Positions 26,684 through 36,215 of a DNA stretch of 64,000 bases are shown one piece after another. Numbering within the stretch: position 1 is the first letter of the stretch; each line of letters opens with the position of its first letter. The position numbers and the translations under genes are program-made. The DNA is from Clostridia bacterium (GTDB taxonomy: Bacteria; Bacillota; Clostridia; UMGS1883). The stretch spans positions 13,932 to 77,931 of the forward strand of contig JAUNBL010000004.1 of NCBI GenBank assembly GCA_030527235.1, written 5' to 3'. Under the pieces are notes generated by a model that was not told the origin of the DNA, ran no database searches, and saw only the letters and a list, made by a program, of their open reading frames with translations.

Positions 26684-27232
26684 ATGAGAAGCGTATTATT
26701 GGCTTTTCAAAACCCCGAAGCTTGCGAAACAATCAGAAAGGTAGTAGTCGGAGGCGGATACAGTGTTGAGGCGGAGTGCCAAAGCGGTGCGGACGTGATA
26801 AGGACACTGTCGAGAATTAACGATGTCATCGTAATCTGTTCGTACAAGCTTGGCGACATGACCGCCGCACAGTTAGGAGAAACGCTTGGCGACAGCGTTG
26901 CGGCTGTAGTGCTTTTGTCACAGCAGCAACAGCAGATGCAGATGGATATTCCCGAAAACATGCTTACGCTCCGAATGCCGCTTTCAAAACGGGCGCTTAT
27001 AGATACGCTCGACAATATTCTGCGCCTAAAGCACGCGGCAAAGAGCAATGGCGATGAACGTCCGCCGCGCACCGAAGACGAGAAAAAGATGATTGAAGCG
27101 GCAAAAGGCGTTCTCATGGAGCGGCACAATATGAGCGAGAACCAGGCGCATCGCTATATCCAAAAACAGAGCATGAACAGCGGGCGTAAAATGATAGACA
27201 CCGCCATGATTATACTTGCAGAGGGGTTATAA
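26684..27232 (+). CDS. ANTAR-domain RNA-binding regulator with a degenerate (pseudo-)receiver domain
   Basis: 182 aa. The C-terminal ANTAR-like helices are EDEKKMIEAAKGVLMERHNMSENQAHRYIQKQSMNSGRKMIDTAMIIL. The receiver-like N-terminus lacks the usual DD pair (LLAFQN), the acceptor Asp (VIVICSYKLG) and the conserved Lys (LRMPL). Confidence 0.75.
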   Translation: MRSVLLAFQNPEACETIRKVVVGGGYSVEAECQSGADVIRTLSRINDVIVICSYKLGDMTAAQLGETLGDSVAAVVLLSQQQQQMQMDIPENMLTLRMPLSKRALIDTLDNILRLKHAAKSNGDERPPRTEDEKKMIEAAKGVLMERHNMSENQAHRYIQKQSMNSGRKMIDTAMIILAEGL

Positions 27233-27258
27233 ACACACTGTAGAAAGGACGGTTGAGC

Positions 27259-27597
27259 ATGAAGAAAATTGAGATTATCATCAAGGCTGAAAAGCTGGAG
27301 GAACTCAAAGACGAGCTCACAAATTGCGGGATAAGCGGTATGATGATTACCAACATTATGGGGTTCGGCACACAAAAAGGCTATACCCCGATGTATCGTG
27401 GTTCGCACACTGCAGTAAATCTGCTTCCAAAGTTAAAAGTCGAAACAGTTGTCGCTGACAATATAGCGCAAAAGGTTATCGATGTCGCGGTAAAGGTAAA
27501 TAAGACCGGCAACATGGGAGACGGAAAAATCTTCATCTACGATGTGGAGGATGCGGTAAGAGTACGAACCGGCGAAACCGGTAATGACGCAATTTAG
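27259..27597 (+). CDS. glnK: Nitrogen regulatory protein P-II
   Basis: 112 aa starting at ATG 27259; the track starts at a TTG at 27253. The T-loop is GFGTQKGYTPMYRG. The gene sits immediately upstream of amt. Confidence 0.9.
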   Translation: MKKIEIIIKAEKLEELKDELTNCGISGMMITNIMGFGTQKGYTPMYRGSHTAVNLLPKLKVETVVADNIAQKVIDVAVKVNKTGNMGDGKIFIYDVEDAVRVRTGETGNDAI

Positions 27598-27645
27598 TTA
27601 ATAGTGTGGCAAAGGCGTCACCTTATTTGGAAAGGTGGCATAATT

Positions 27646-28893
27646 ATGACTGTCGAAGCTTTACAAGGTAATTTGGACATTCTTTGGGTCTTAATCGCAG
27701 CTATACTCGTATTTCTTATGCAGGCGGGCTTTGCGCTGGTTGAAACAGGCTTTACCAGAGCAAAAAACGCAAATAATATTATAATGAAGAATCTTATGGA
27801 CTTCTCAATAGGGACTCCGATATTCTTTCTTGTCGGATTCGGTCTGATGTTCGGCGCTGGCGGCTTTATGGGTACGGAAGGTTTTTTGAATCCTATCGCG
27901 CTTGCGGACCAAATCGCCTTTGATGTTATGGGCATTGAAGGCGCCGGCTGGGTGTATCTGTTTTTTCAGACTGTATTCGCCGCAACCGCTGCAACAATCG
28001 TTTCCGGAGCAATGGCAGAGCGCACAAAATTCATTTCTTATGTAATATACAGCGCCGTCATCAGCCTCTTCATATATCCGGTCGTAGGACATTGGATTTG
28101 GGGCGGCGGCTGGCTTGCGCAAATAGGTTTTCATGACTTCGCAGGTTCTACTGTAGTTCACAGCGTAGGCGGCTGGGCGGCGCTTGTCGGTGCGGCCACG
28201 CTTGGTCCGCGTATCGGAAAATACGGCAAGGACAAAAAAGTCAATGCAATTCCCGGTCATAACATTGTTTTGGGCGCGCTCGGTGTATTCCTTCTCTGGG
28301 TGGGCTGGTTTGGATTTAACCCCGGCTCTACGCTTTCTGTTAATGCCGACATCGGTTACATAGCGGTAACAACCAATCTCGCTGCGGCAATGGGCGCTAT
28401 CGTGACTATGATTCTCACATGGATTCGTTACGGTAAGCCCGACGTTTCAATGACTTTGAACGGGGTTCTTGCGGGGCTTGTAGCCATAACTGCCGGCTGT
28501 GATGCCGTAGACGCTTACGGCGCGATGATAATAGGCGTTGTGGCGGGTTTTGTGGTAACGTTCGGCGTAGAGTTTCTTGATAAAGTTGTTAAAATTGACG
28601 ACCCTGTCGGTGCCGTCGGGGTGCATTGTATGAACGGAGTGTGGGGTACGCTTGCAGTAGGGCTGTTTGCAACAAATGGCGGACTCTTTTACGGCGGAGG
28701 ATTGCAGTATCTCGGGTCGCAGGCGCTCGGCGTAATTACAGTAGCCGCGTGGACGGTGGTTACAACAGGTATTCTGTTTAACGCCATCAAGCATACCGTC
28801 GGTCTCCGCGTATCCCGCGAAGAGGAACTTATGGGGCTGGACAAGTGCGAACACGGCTCCGAAGCATATGCAGACTTTGTTGCGAAGCTTTAA
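27646..28893 (+). CDS. amtB: Ammonium transporter (Amt family)
   Basis: About 11 TM segments. Blocks are AGFALVETG, DFAGSTVVHSVGG and AVGVHCMNGVWG. ATG 27646 follows AAGGTGG; the track starts at 27604. Confidence 0.9.
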   Translation: MTVEALQGNLDILWVLIAAILVFLMQAGFALVETGFTRAKNANNIIMKNLMDFSIGTPIFFLVGFGLMFGAGGFMGTEGFLNPIALADQIAFDVMGIEGAGWVYLFFQTVFAATAATIVSGAMAERTKFISYVIYSAVISLFIYPVVGHWIWGGGWLAQIGFHDFAGSTVVHSVGGWAALVGAATLGPRIGKYGKDKKVNAIPGHNIVLGALGVFLLWVGWFGFNPGSTLSVNADIGYIAVTTNLAAAMGAIVTMILTWIRYGKPDVSMTLNGVLAGLVAITAGCDAVDAYGAMIIGVVAGFVVTFGVEFLDKVVKIDDPVGAVGVHCMNGVWGTLAVGLFATNGGLFYGGGLQYLGSQALGVITVAAWTVVTTGILFNAIKHTVGLRVSREEELMGLDKCEHGSEAYADFVAKL

Positions 28894-28906
28894 TCAACGG
28901 TGATTG

Positions 28907-28934
28907 GCGGAAGGCAATCGCCTTCCGCTTTTTT
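28907..28934 (+). terminator. Intrinsic terminator after amt
   Basis: GCGGAAGGC-AATC-GCCTTCCGC followed by TTTTTT. Confidence 0.85.
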
Positions 28935-28937
28935 CTC

Positions 28938-28966
28938 TTGACGGAAAGGCGCCGTGCAGTATATAC
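28938..28966 (+). promoter_or_regulatory. Candidate promoter of dapF-dapL
   Basis: TTGACG (28938-43), a 16/17-nt spacer, then TATATA/ATATAC (28960-66). Confidence 0.5.
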
Positions 28967-28988
28967 TTAATAAACGGAGGTATGACTT

Positions 28989-29825
28989 ATGAGAATTACA
29001 AAAATGCACGGCATCGGCAATGATTACATTTACGTAAACTGTTTTGAAGAAACCGTTGCGGACCCTTCCAGGGCGGCTCGCGAACTGTCAGACCGCCATT
29101 TCTGGATAGGCTCGGACGGACTGGTTTTGATAAAGCCTTCAAATGAAGCGGACTTTGAGATGGAGATGTACAATTCCGACGGGAGCCGCGCAGAGATGTG
29201 CGGCAACGCCATCCGCTGTGTTGGCAAGTATGTCTACGACAACGCCATGACGGACAAAACAAGTATAACTATCATGACCGGCGCGGGGATAAAAACGCTG
29301 TCGCTTTGCGTTGAGAACGGCGCCGTCGCCTCCGTCAGAGTGGACATGGGAGAGCCTGAACTTGATTCTCGGCTTATCCCCACACTTTTTGAAACCGGCC
29401 AAGTTGTAAACGAGCCGCTCGAAGTTGGAGGAATAAATTACCTTGTTACATGCGTTTCTATGGGGAACCCGCACGCAGTTGTTTTCGTCAAAGATACAGA
29501 CGAAGTGGATATTGAGCGAATCGGCCCTCTGTTTGAGCGCCATAAAATGTTTCCCAAACGGATTAATACTGAGTTTTTGCAAATTCTCAGCGCCGACAAG
29601 ATTAAAATGCGCGTTTGGGAAAGAGGCGCCGGCGAAACCTGGGCATGCGGCACAGGAGCCTGCGCTGCGTTAGTGGCAAGCGTTTTGTGCGGCGCGGCAG
29701 CGCGGAAAGCCGAGCTGATTTTGCGCGGAGGCTCACTCCTTATCGAGTGGGACGAAAAAACGAACCGCGTTTTTATGACAGGCGGAGCGAAAAAAGTGTT
29801 TGACACCGATATAGACTACGAGTAA
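28989..29825 (+). CDS. dapF: Diaminopimelate epimerase
   Basis: 278 aa. HGIGNDYIYV is present, and the two catalytic Cys lie in MCGNAIRC and ACGTGACA. Confidence 0.9.
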   Translation: MRITKMHGIGNDYIYVNCFEETVADPSRAARELSDRHFWIGSDGLVLIKPSNEADFEMEMYNSDGSRAEMCGNAIRCVGKYVYDNAMTDKTSITIMTGAGIKTLSLCVENGAVASVRVDMGEPELDSRLIPTLFETGQVVNEPLEVGGINYLVTCVSMGNPHAVVFVKDTDEVDIERIGPLFERHKMFPKRINTEFLQILSADKIKMRVWERGAGETWACGTGACAALVASVLCGAAARKAELILRGGSLLIEWDEKTNRVFMTGGAKKVFDTDIDYE

Positions 29826-29855
29826 AATTATATTACATTATTTTTGAGAGGACTG

Positions 29856-31076
29856 ATGGTGTTGGCTTCAATAAATCCTAATTTCGCTCTTCTTCCTGGC
29901 AGCTACCTCTTTGCCGCAGTTGCAAAAAAAACCGCGGACTACAAAGCGGCCCACCCTGATAAGAAAGTCATTTCACTTGGCATAGGCGACGTTACGCGGC
30001 CGCTGCCCCAAAGTGTGATTGAGGCGCTCCGCAGCGCGGTTGACGATATGGCTCACGAGGACACCTTCCGAGGCTATGGACCGTATGAGGGCTATGATTT
30101 TCTTCGTGAGAAAATTGCCCAGGAGGACTACGTTTCCCGCGGCGCAAATATCAGCGCTGACGAAATTTTCATCAGCGACGGAGCAAAAAGCGACTGCGGA
30201 AACATCGGTGATATTTTTTCGGCGGATAATGTTGTTGCCGTGTGCGACCCGGTTTACCCTGTCTATGTTGACACAAATGCAATGGCGGGCAGGGCGGGAG
30301 TTTACGACAACGCACGAGAAAAGTGGACGAAGCTGGTCTACATGCCCTGTACAAGAGAAACAAACTTTATTCCCGAAATTCCCAAGGAACATTGCGACCT
30401 AATATATCTTTGCTTCCCCAACAACCCCATGGGTACGATGATAGACGCGCCAACTCTCAAAAAATGGGTTGACTACGCGAGAAGCGAAGGCGCCGTTATC
30501 TTTTATGACGCGGCATACGAGGCGTATATTACCGAAGATTTGCCTCACAGCATCTACGAAATAGAGGGCGCCAGAGAATGCGCGGTAGAGTTCCGCAGTT
30601 TTTCCAAAAATGCCGGCTTTACGGGCACGCGCTGCGCGTTTTGCGTGATTCCACACAGTCTCAAGGTAAACGGCTCCTCCCTTAACGAAATGTGGATGCG
30701 CCGCCAGGCGACAAAATTTAACGGCGTGCCGTATATAATACAGCGTGGTGCGGAAGCGGTTTATTCTCCTCAGGGTCGTCTTGAAACCAAAGCTCTTGTT
30801 GCATACTTTCTTAACAACGCCAAGATTATAAGAGATGGGCTGTCTGAAGCGGGCTTTGAGGCGTATGGCGGTGTGAATGCGCCGTATATATGGCTAAAGA
30901 CAAAAGGCGGGCAAAGCTCCTGGGAGTTTTTCGACAGTCTTTTGGAAAAGGCAGGCGTTGTAGGCACTCCGGGAAGCGGATTCGGACCTTCCGGAGAAGG
31001 ATACTTCAGGCTTACCGCTTTCGGCAGCGAAAGCACAACGCGTGAAGCAATTAAAAGAATTACCGAGGCGTTTTAA
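29856..31076 (+). CDS. dapL: LL-diaminopimelate aminotransferase
   Basis: The DapL-type N-terminus is INPNFALLPGSYLF. The PLP lysine lies in SFSKNAGFTGTRCAF. ATG 29856 is the start; the track starts at a TTG at 29844. Confidence 0.85.
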   Translation: MVLASINPNFALLPGSYLFAAVAKKTADYKAAHPDKKVISLGIGDVTRPLPQSVIEALRSAVDDMAHEDTFRGYGPYEGYDFLREKIAQEDYVSRGANISADEIFISDGAKSDCGNIGDIFSADNVVAVCDPVYPVYVDTNAMAGRAGVYDNAREKWTKLVYMPCTRETNFIPEIPKEHCDLIYLCFPNNPMGTMIDAPTLKKWVDYARSEGAVIFYDAAYEAYITEDLPHSIYEIEGARECAVEFRSFSKNAGFTGTRCAFCVIPHSLKVNGSSLNEMWMRRQATKFNGVPYIIQRGAEAVYSPQGRLETKALVAYFLNNAKIIRDGLSEAGFEAYGGVNAPYIWLKTKGGQSSWEFFDSLLEKAGVVGTPGSGFGPSGEGYFRLTAFGSESTTREAIKRITEAF

Positions 31077-31083
31077 GGGCAAA

Positions 31084-31125
31084 GGCGTTCTTAAAGTCTT
31101 ATGACTTTTTGAATGCCTTTATTTG
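31084..31125 (+). terminator. Weak or complex hairpin after dapL; possible partial terminator before the glutamate synthase genes
   Basis: AAAGGC...[AAAGTC-TTAT-GACTTT]...GCCTTT followed by ATTTGTT. Confidence 0.35.
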
Positions 31126-31146
31126 TTAAAGAAAGGACGCGAAAAC

Positions 31147-32241
31147 ATGTTGCGAGAAGGCGAAAACGGGTATAGGATTCCCGCAGGATGCGCCATAAGC
31201 GCTATAATCAACAAACGTGGAGAAAGATTTTCGGGAGAGGGCATCATCGCATCAATAAAGGTGATGCACGAGCGCTCCAACGGGCTTGGCGGCGGATTTG
31301 CCGCCTACGGAATCTATCCTGAATATAAGGAGCATTACGCGTTTCACGTCTTTTATGAAGGTGACGAGGCGCGCAGCCGTACAGAGGAATTTATAAACCA
31401 AAATTACGAAGTGGAGTCGTGCGGCAAAATCCCAACGCGCAAAGTTCGCTCTATCTCCGGCGCACCGCAGATTTGGCGGTACTTTGTGCGCCCCAAGCAA
31501 TACCGCATGGCGGCAATGGAGTTCACTGAGGACGAGTACACCGCCCGTACCGTGACACATATAAACAGCAATTTTGCGGGAGCGTATGTGTTTTCATCCG
31601 GCAAAAACATGGGCGCGTTCAAGGCGGTAGGTTACCCGGAGGATGTGGGTGAATTTTATATGCTCGACGAATACAAGGGGTTTTCGTGGACAGCCCACGG
31701 CAGATTCCCCACAAACACTCCGGGCTGGTGGGGCGGTGCGCATCCGTTTACTCTGCTCGACTGGTCGATAGTGCATAACGGCGAGATTTCAAGTTATGAC
31801 GCGAACCGCCGCTACGTGGAAATGTTTGGATACAAATGCAGCCTTATGACCGACACCGAAGTAATCACGTACCTTTTTGATTTGCTGGTGAGGAAACACA
31901 ACCTGCCGATGGAAACGGCGGCGCACGTGCTTGCAGCGCCCACATGGGACGTGATAGAGAGCATGGACAAAGATATGCGCGACTATTTCACAACACTGCG
32001 AACCGTTTATTCGGGCGCCCTTGTAAACGGCCCGTTTTCTATAATTTTAGGTTCGAGCGACGGATTGCTTGCGCTTAACGACCGGCTCAAGCTGCGCTCG
32101 CTGATGGGCGCCACCGCCGGGGACATGGTTTATTTTGCCAGCGAAGAGGCTGCGATACGTGAAATCTGTGAGCCTGAGCGCGTCTGGTCCATTGGCGGCG
32201 GAGAGCCGGTTATCGTCAAAGTGGAAGGGGGCATGGAATAA
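31147..32241 (+). CDS. Glutamate synthase, glutamine amidotransferase domain protein (archaeal-type split GltS, domain 1)
   Basis: The class-II amidotransferase-like N-terminus has Cys in PAGCAISAII, and the protein continues with VHNGEISSYDANRRY. ATG 31147 is the start; the track starts at a TTG at 31123. Confidence 0.7.
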   Translation: MLREGENGYRIPAGCAISAIINKRGERFSGEGIIASIKVMHERSNGLGGGFAAYGIYPEYKEHYAFHVFYEGDEARSRTEEFINQNYEVESCGKIPTRKVRSISGAPQIWRYFVRPKQYRMAAMEFTEDEYTARTVTHINSNFAGAYVFSSGKNMGAFKAVGYPEDVGEFYMLDEYKGFSWTAHGRFPTNTPGWWGGAHPFTLLDWSIVHNGEISSYDANRRYVEMFGYKCSLMTDTEVITYLFDLLVRKHNLPMETAAHVLAAPTWDVIESMDKDMRDYFTTLRTVYSGALVNGPFSIILGSSDGLLALNDRLKLRSLMGATAGDMVYFASEEAAIREICEPERVWSIGGGEPVIVKVEGGME

Positions 32242-33746
32242 TGGAATACAATTTAGAGCTTGTAATGCCGCGCTATAAAATCGTGCGCGATAAAGAGCGC
32301 TGCATAAACTGCGGGGCTTGCGCACGTCAGTGCGCGAACGAGGCGCATGTCATATATGATGACGGGACCGTTCACTCAATAGACGAGAACTGCGTTAATT
32401 GTCAGCGGTGCGTCTGCTTATGTCCTGCCCATGCGCTCCATATAACAAAGTACCCGCTTGAGTTCTGCGAAAACGCGAACTGGACGAGCGAAGCTATACA
32501 GGAAGTCTACACACAGGCAAAAACGGGCGGAGTGCTTCTCTCCGGCATGGGAAATCCTAAGCCGTACCCGATTTATTGGGATAAAATGCTGCTCAACGCC
32601 TCACAGGTTACCAACCCATCCATAGACCCGCTTCGCGAACCTATGGAGACTGTAACGATTCTCGGAAGAAAGCCTGACTGCGTAAAGATGAAAAACGGCG
32701 CGATAACCTCAAAGCTCCCCCCGCAGATTAAACTCTCTATGCCTATAATGTTCAGCGCCATGAGTTTTGGCTCAATATCTCTTAACGCGCAAAAATCATT
32801 GGCGATGGCGGCGAAAAAAATGGGAACGCTTTTTAATACGGGTGAGGGGGGACTTCACCGTGACTTTTATCCATATGCGGACTGCGCGGTGGTACAAGTA
32901 GCGTCCGGCAGATTTGGGGTTCATAAGCAATACCTTGAGGCGGCTCGAATGATAGAAATTAAGATAGGTCAAGGAGCAAAGCCCGGTATCGGCGGTCATC
33001 TTCCCGGAGGAAAGGTTAACGAAGAGGTCAGCGCAACGCGTATGATTCCCGCAGGCGCCGACGCTATATCGCCTGCCCCGCATCACGATATTTATTCGAT
33101 TGAGGACCTGCGCCAACTCATATATTCCTTGAAAGAAGTAACCGAGTACAAAAAACCCGTTGCTGTAAAAATCGCGGCGGTACACAACAGCGCTGCCATT
33201 GCCTCCGGGATTGCCCGCGCAGGAGCGGACGTTATTGTTATGGACGGCTACAGAGGCGGCACCGGCGCCGCTCCCACGCGCATCCGTGACAATGTCGGCA
33301 TTCCCATAGAACTGGCTCTGGCGGCAGTGGATTCGCGGCTTCGTGAGGAAGGCATCCGTCATAATGTTTCGCTTGTTGTGGCGGGCAGTATCAGGAACAG
33401 CGCGGATATTGTAAAAGCGATTGCTCTTGGTGCAGACGCGGTGTATATAGCCTCCTCAGCATTGATGGCGCTCGGGTGCCATATGTGCCGCACTTGTAAC
33501 ACCGGCAAATGCAACTGGGGCATTGCCACACAGCGGCCTGATTTGGTGAAACGGCTCAATCCGGAGGTAATGCATCTTCGCGCCGCCAATCTGCTTAACG
33601 CGTGGAATCATGAGATAAAAGAGATTCTCGGCGGCATGGGAATAAACGCCATTGAGAGCCTACGCGGAAACCGACTCATGCTTCGCGGTATCGGGCTTAC
33701 GCAAAAAGAGCTTGACATCTTAGGCATCAAACATGCCGGAGAGTAA
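32241..33746 (+). CDS. Glutamate synthase FMN-binding (GltB central) domain protein with an N-terminal 2x[4Fe-4S] ferredoxin module
   Basis: 501 aa. The ferredoxin motifs are CINCGACARQC and CVNCQRCVCLCP. The FMN-domain blocks are EIKIGQGAKPGIGGHLPG and HHDIYSIEDL. Confidence 0.8.
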   Translation: MEYNLELVMPRYKIVRDKERCINCGACARQCANEAHVIYDDGTVHSIDENCVNCQRCVCLCPAHALHITKYPLEFCENANWTSEAIQEVYTQAKTGGVLLSGMGNPKPYPIYWDKMLLNASQVTNPSIDPLREPMETVTILGRKPDCVKMKNGAITSKLPPQIKLSMPIMFSAMSFGSISLNAQKSLAMAAKKMGTLFNTGEGGLHRDFYPYADCAVVQVASGRFGVHKQYLEAARMIEIKIGQGAKPGIGGHLPGGKVNEEVSATRMIPAGADAISPAPHHDIYSIEDLRQLIYSLKEVTEYKKPVAVKIAAVHNSAAIASGIARAGADVIVMDGYRGGTGAAPTRIRDNVGIPIELALAAVDSRLREEGIRHNVSLVVAGSIRNSADIVKAIALGADAVYIASSALMALGCHMCRTCNTGKCNWGIATQRPDLVKRLNPEVMHLRAANLLNAWNHEIKEILGGMGINAIESLRGNRLMLRGIGLTQKELDILGIKHAGE

Positions 33747-33796
33747 ATTTCAATTCCGAAGAAAGGAAGCTTTAGTCAAAGCTGGGGTTATAAAAA

Positions 33797-34234
33797 ATGA
33801 AACGAGTATATGCAAACGAAAAGCTATGCATTAACTGCCGTGTGTGCGAAGTGTACTGCCGTGCCGCGCACTCAAAGTCCGCAGATGTGGTTCGGGCATA
33901 CAAAGAAGAACCCGAAAGCTGTTCACGGATACACGTGGAGGGCGATAACAATGCATCAATCGCCGTTTCATGCCGACACTGCGAAAACCCTGCATGTGTG
34001 GAGGCGTGTATAACAGGCGCCATGCAAAAGGACCCGAAAACGGGTCTGGTCATAAACGACCCCGCTCGCTGTGTGGGCTGCATGACGTGCGCTTTAGCGT
34101 GCCCTTACGGGTGCATAAAGATAGGACATATCGCTCAAAAGTGCGATTTGTGCGGACTTTCCGGCGAACCGGAGTGTGTAAGACATTGCCCGAACAATGC
34201 CCTCATATATGCACAAGGAGGCAGCGAAAAATGA
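33797..34234 (+). CDS. 4Fe-4S dicluster ferredoxin-like protein
   Basis: 145 aa with multiple CxxCxxCxxxC motifs (CINCRVCEVYC, CVGCMTCALACP, CDLC...C). Confidence 0.8.
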   Translation: MKRVYANEKLCINCRVCEVYCRAAHSKSADVVRAYKEEPESCSRIHVEGDNNASIAVSCRHCENPACVEACITGAMQKDPKTGLVINDPARCVGCMTCALACPYGCIKIGHIAQKCDLCGLSGEPECVRHCPNNALIYAQGGSEK

Positions 34235-35478
34235 AATACGTCATAATCGGAAACGGCGCCGCGGCAATATCGGCGGCAGAAGAAATTCGCAAAAATGATA
34301 CAGAGGGAACAATAGAGCTTTTTTCCCACGAAAAATATCACACCTATTCGCGCCCGCTTATTTCCTACTATCTTTGCGGCGAAACAGATGAAAAGCGTAT
34401 GTTGTACCGCAGCGCAGACTTTTATGAAAAAATGAGAATTACACCACACCTTGGCAAAACAGTGACTAAAATTGATAGGGAGAGAAAGCGGATTGTCGCG
34501 GACAAAACAACGTATGATTACGACAAACTCCTCATTGCGTCGGGGAGCGTTCCGTTTATCCCTCCCATAGCAGGCATTGAGGGCAGGAAAAATGTATACA
34601 CGTTTCTCAACATGGAGGACGCGAAAAGGTTGAAGAAGAACATATCCGAAAAGGACCATGTTGTTGTCGTGGGCGGCGGATTGATAGGCTTTAAGGCAGC
34701 GGAGGGCCTCAGCGCTGTGGCCGCATCTGTGACGGTTGTGGAGCTTTCGGAAAGAGTTCTAACCACCATTTTGGACAATCAAGCCGGGGAAATCATGGCA
34801 CGCCGCCTTGAATCACACGGCGTGAGAACTGTTTTAAGAGACAGCGTTTCCTCTCTTGAGAGAGACAGCGTAACTCTTAAAAGCGGAAAAACTCTACCCT
34901 GTTCCGCGCTTGTGGTCGCAGTAGGCGTTCGCCCGAATGCGGCTTTGGCACGCGAATGCGGCTTAGATGTCGGACGGGGCATCATCTGCGACAGCAGCCA
35001 AAAGACAAACGACAGCGATATCTACGCTGCCGGCGACGTGTGCGAGAGTGTGGACATTACCGATGGCGAGCGCCGTGTACTTGCCCTTTTGCCAAACGCC
35101 GTACGTCAGGGGAAAGTCGCTGGGAGCTGCATGTCAGGCGGAAAAATGGAGTTTGCGGGCGGATATCCGATGAATGCGATAGATTTTTTCGGCACTTACA
35201 TTACAACAGCGGGTGTCATAAATCCTCCGGCAGGCAAAGGGTATAAAGTCAAAGCGCTGTCAGATGGTGACAAGTATCGTAAAATTGTGATAAAGGACGA
35301 TACTCTTTGCGGTTTTATCCTGATAAACGACCCTGAGCAAAGCGGAGTTATGACGTCCATTATGGCAGATAAAACAAAACTCTCCTCTCTCAAAAAGAGC
35401 GTCAAAGAGAGCGCTGACATGTTTTCGTTCGACGAAAAAACTCGATTCATCAAGCTCCACGGGAGGTGTGAAATATGA
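34231..35478 (+). CDS. FAD/NAD(P)-dependent pyridine nucleotide-disulfide oxidoreductase
   Basis: MKYVIIGNGAAAISAAEE (Rossmann fold) begins at ATG 34231 and overlaps the upstream stop. The second dinucleotide motif is VVVVGGGLIGFKAAE. The track ORF start at 33970 is an artefactual extension. Confidence 0.8.
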   Translation: MKYVIIGNGAAAISAAEEIRKNDTEGTIELFSHEKYHTYSRPLISYYLCGETDEKRMLYRSADFYEKMRITPHLGKTVTKIDRERKRIVADKTTYDYDKLLIASGSVPFIPPIAGIEGRKNVYTFLNMEDAKRLKKNISEKDHVVVVGGGLIGFKAAEGLSAVAASVTVVELSERVLTTILDNQAGEIMARRLESHGVRTVLRDSVSSLERDSVTLKSGKTLPCSALVVAVGVRPNAALARECGLDVGRGIICDSSQKTNDSDIYAAGDVCESVDITDGERRVLALLPNAVRQGKVAGSCMSGGKMEFAGGYPMNAIDFFGTYITTAGVINPPAGKGYKVKALSDGDKYRKIVIKDDTLCGFILINDPEQSGVMTSIMADKTKLSSLKKSVKESADMFSFDEKTRFIKLHGRCEI

Positions 35479-36215
35479 AGATTGCAGCAGAGCATAAACC
35501 CTTTGCACAGGTAAACGAAGAGTTTCGGGAAGCGATAAAACATCACAAAGTCATCGATATCGAGGATGCCCGTGGACAAAAATACCTTGCCATAGGCGCG
35601 AAGCACGGTGTAACCGTCAATATTTACGGCACGCCCGGCAACGATATGGCAGCGTTTCTCTCCGGCGCGAAAGTGGAGGTTTTCGGCAACGCGCAAGACC
35701 AAGTCGGCAACACTATGGACGGCGGCGAAATAATAATACACGGCCGCGTTGGAGATGCGGCCGGATATGCTATGCGGGACGGCGTTATTTTTGCAAAGAA
35801 CGAATGCGGCTACCGTTGTGGAATCCACATGAAGGAATATCGGGCGAAAAAACCCGTTATCGTTATCGGCGGCGGCGCGGGCTCGTTTTTGGGCGAGTAT
35901 ATGGCGGGCGGCACAATAGTGCTGCTGGGGATTGGATGCGATATTGAGAACGGTGCGATGGGTTACTGCTGCGGGACTGGCATACACGGCGGCAGAATGT
36001 ACATCCGCGGCGCGGCTCCGCCGCACAAGCTGAGCCGGGAATGCTGTGTGTGCGAGTGTGATGCAGACGATATGCAAGCCATAGCGAAGTATGTAAAACG
36101 CTATTGCGAATATTTCGGAGCTGACTTTGATGAGATAATGAAAGCGCCGTTCAAAAAAATTGTCGCCGCATCCTCAAGACCATACAACAACATCTACTGT
36201 TCCAATAAAGCATAA
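35475..36215 (+). CDS. Glutamate synthase GXGXG-domain protein (GltB C-terminal domain homolog)
   Basis: 246-aa beta-helix repeat pattern: GTPGNDMAAFLSGAKVEVFGNAQDQVGNTMDGGEIIIHG. Confidence 0.75.
   Translation: MKIAAEHKPFAQVNEEFREAIKHHKVIDIEDARGQKYLAIGAKHGVTVNIYGTPGNDMAAFLSGAKVEVFGNAQDQVGNTMDGGEIIIHGRVGDAAGYAMRDGVIFAKNECGYRCGIHMKEYRAKKPVIVIGGGAGSFLGEYMAGGTIVLLGIGCDIENGAMGYCCGTGIHGGRMYIRGAAPPHKLSRECCVCECDADDMQAIAKYVKRYCEYFGADFDEIMKAPFKKIVAASSRPYNNIYCSNKA

Noticed and set aside
25272-31090. The 9-mer GCAAAGGCG recurs upstream of glnA (25273), amt (27611) and the glutamate synthase genes (31083); possible nitrogen-regulon motif
   Set aside because: The same 9-mer also occurs inside coding sequence (for example near 48948) and is just Ala-Lys-Ala codons in this GC context. 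Three hits without a shared extended context are not convincing. It would need a genome-wide enrichment test.
33970-34230. N-terminal extension of the oxidoreductase ORF in the track (502 aa)
   Set aside because: The extension overlaps the ferredoxin gene in another frame. The Rossmann motif MKYVIIGNGAAA begins at ATG 34231, which is coupled to the upstream stop.
35196-36077. 293-aa minus-strand ORF overlapping the oxidoreductase and GXGXG genes
   Set aside because: It is antisense to two well-supported plus-strand genes, has an implausible composition and lacks translation signals.
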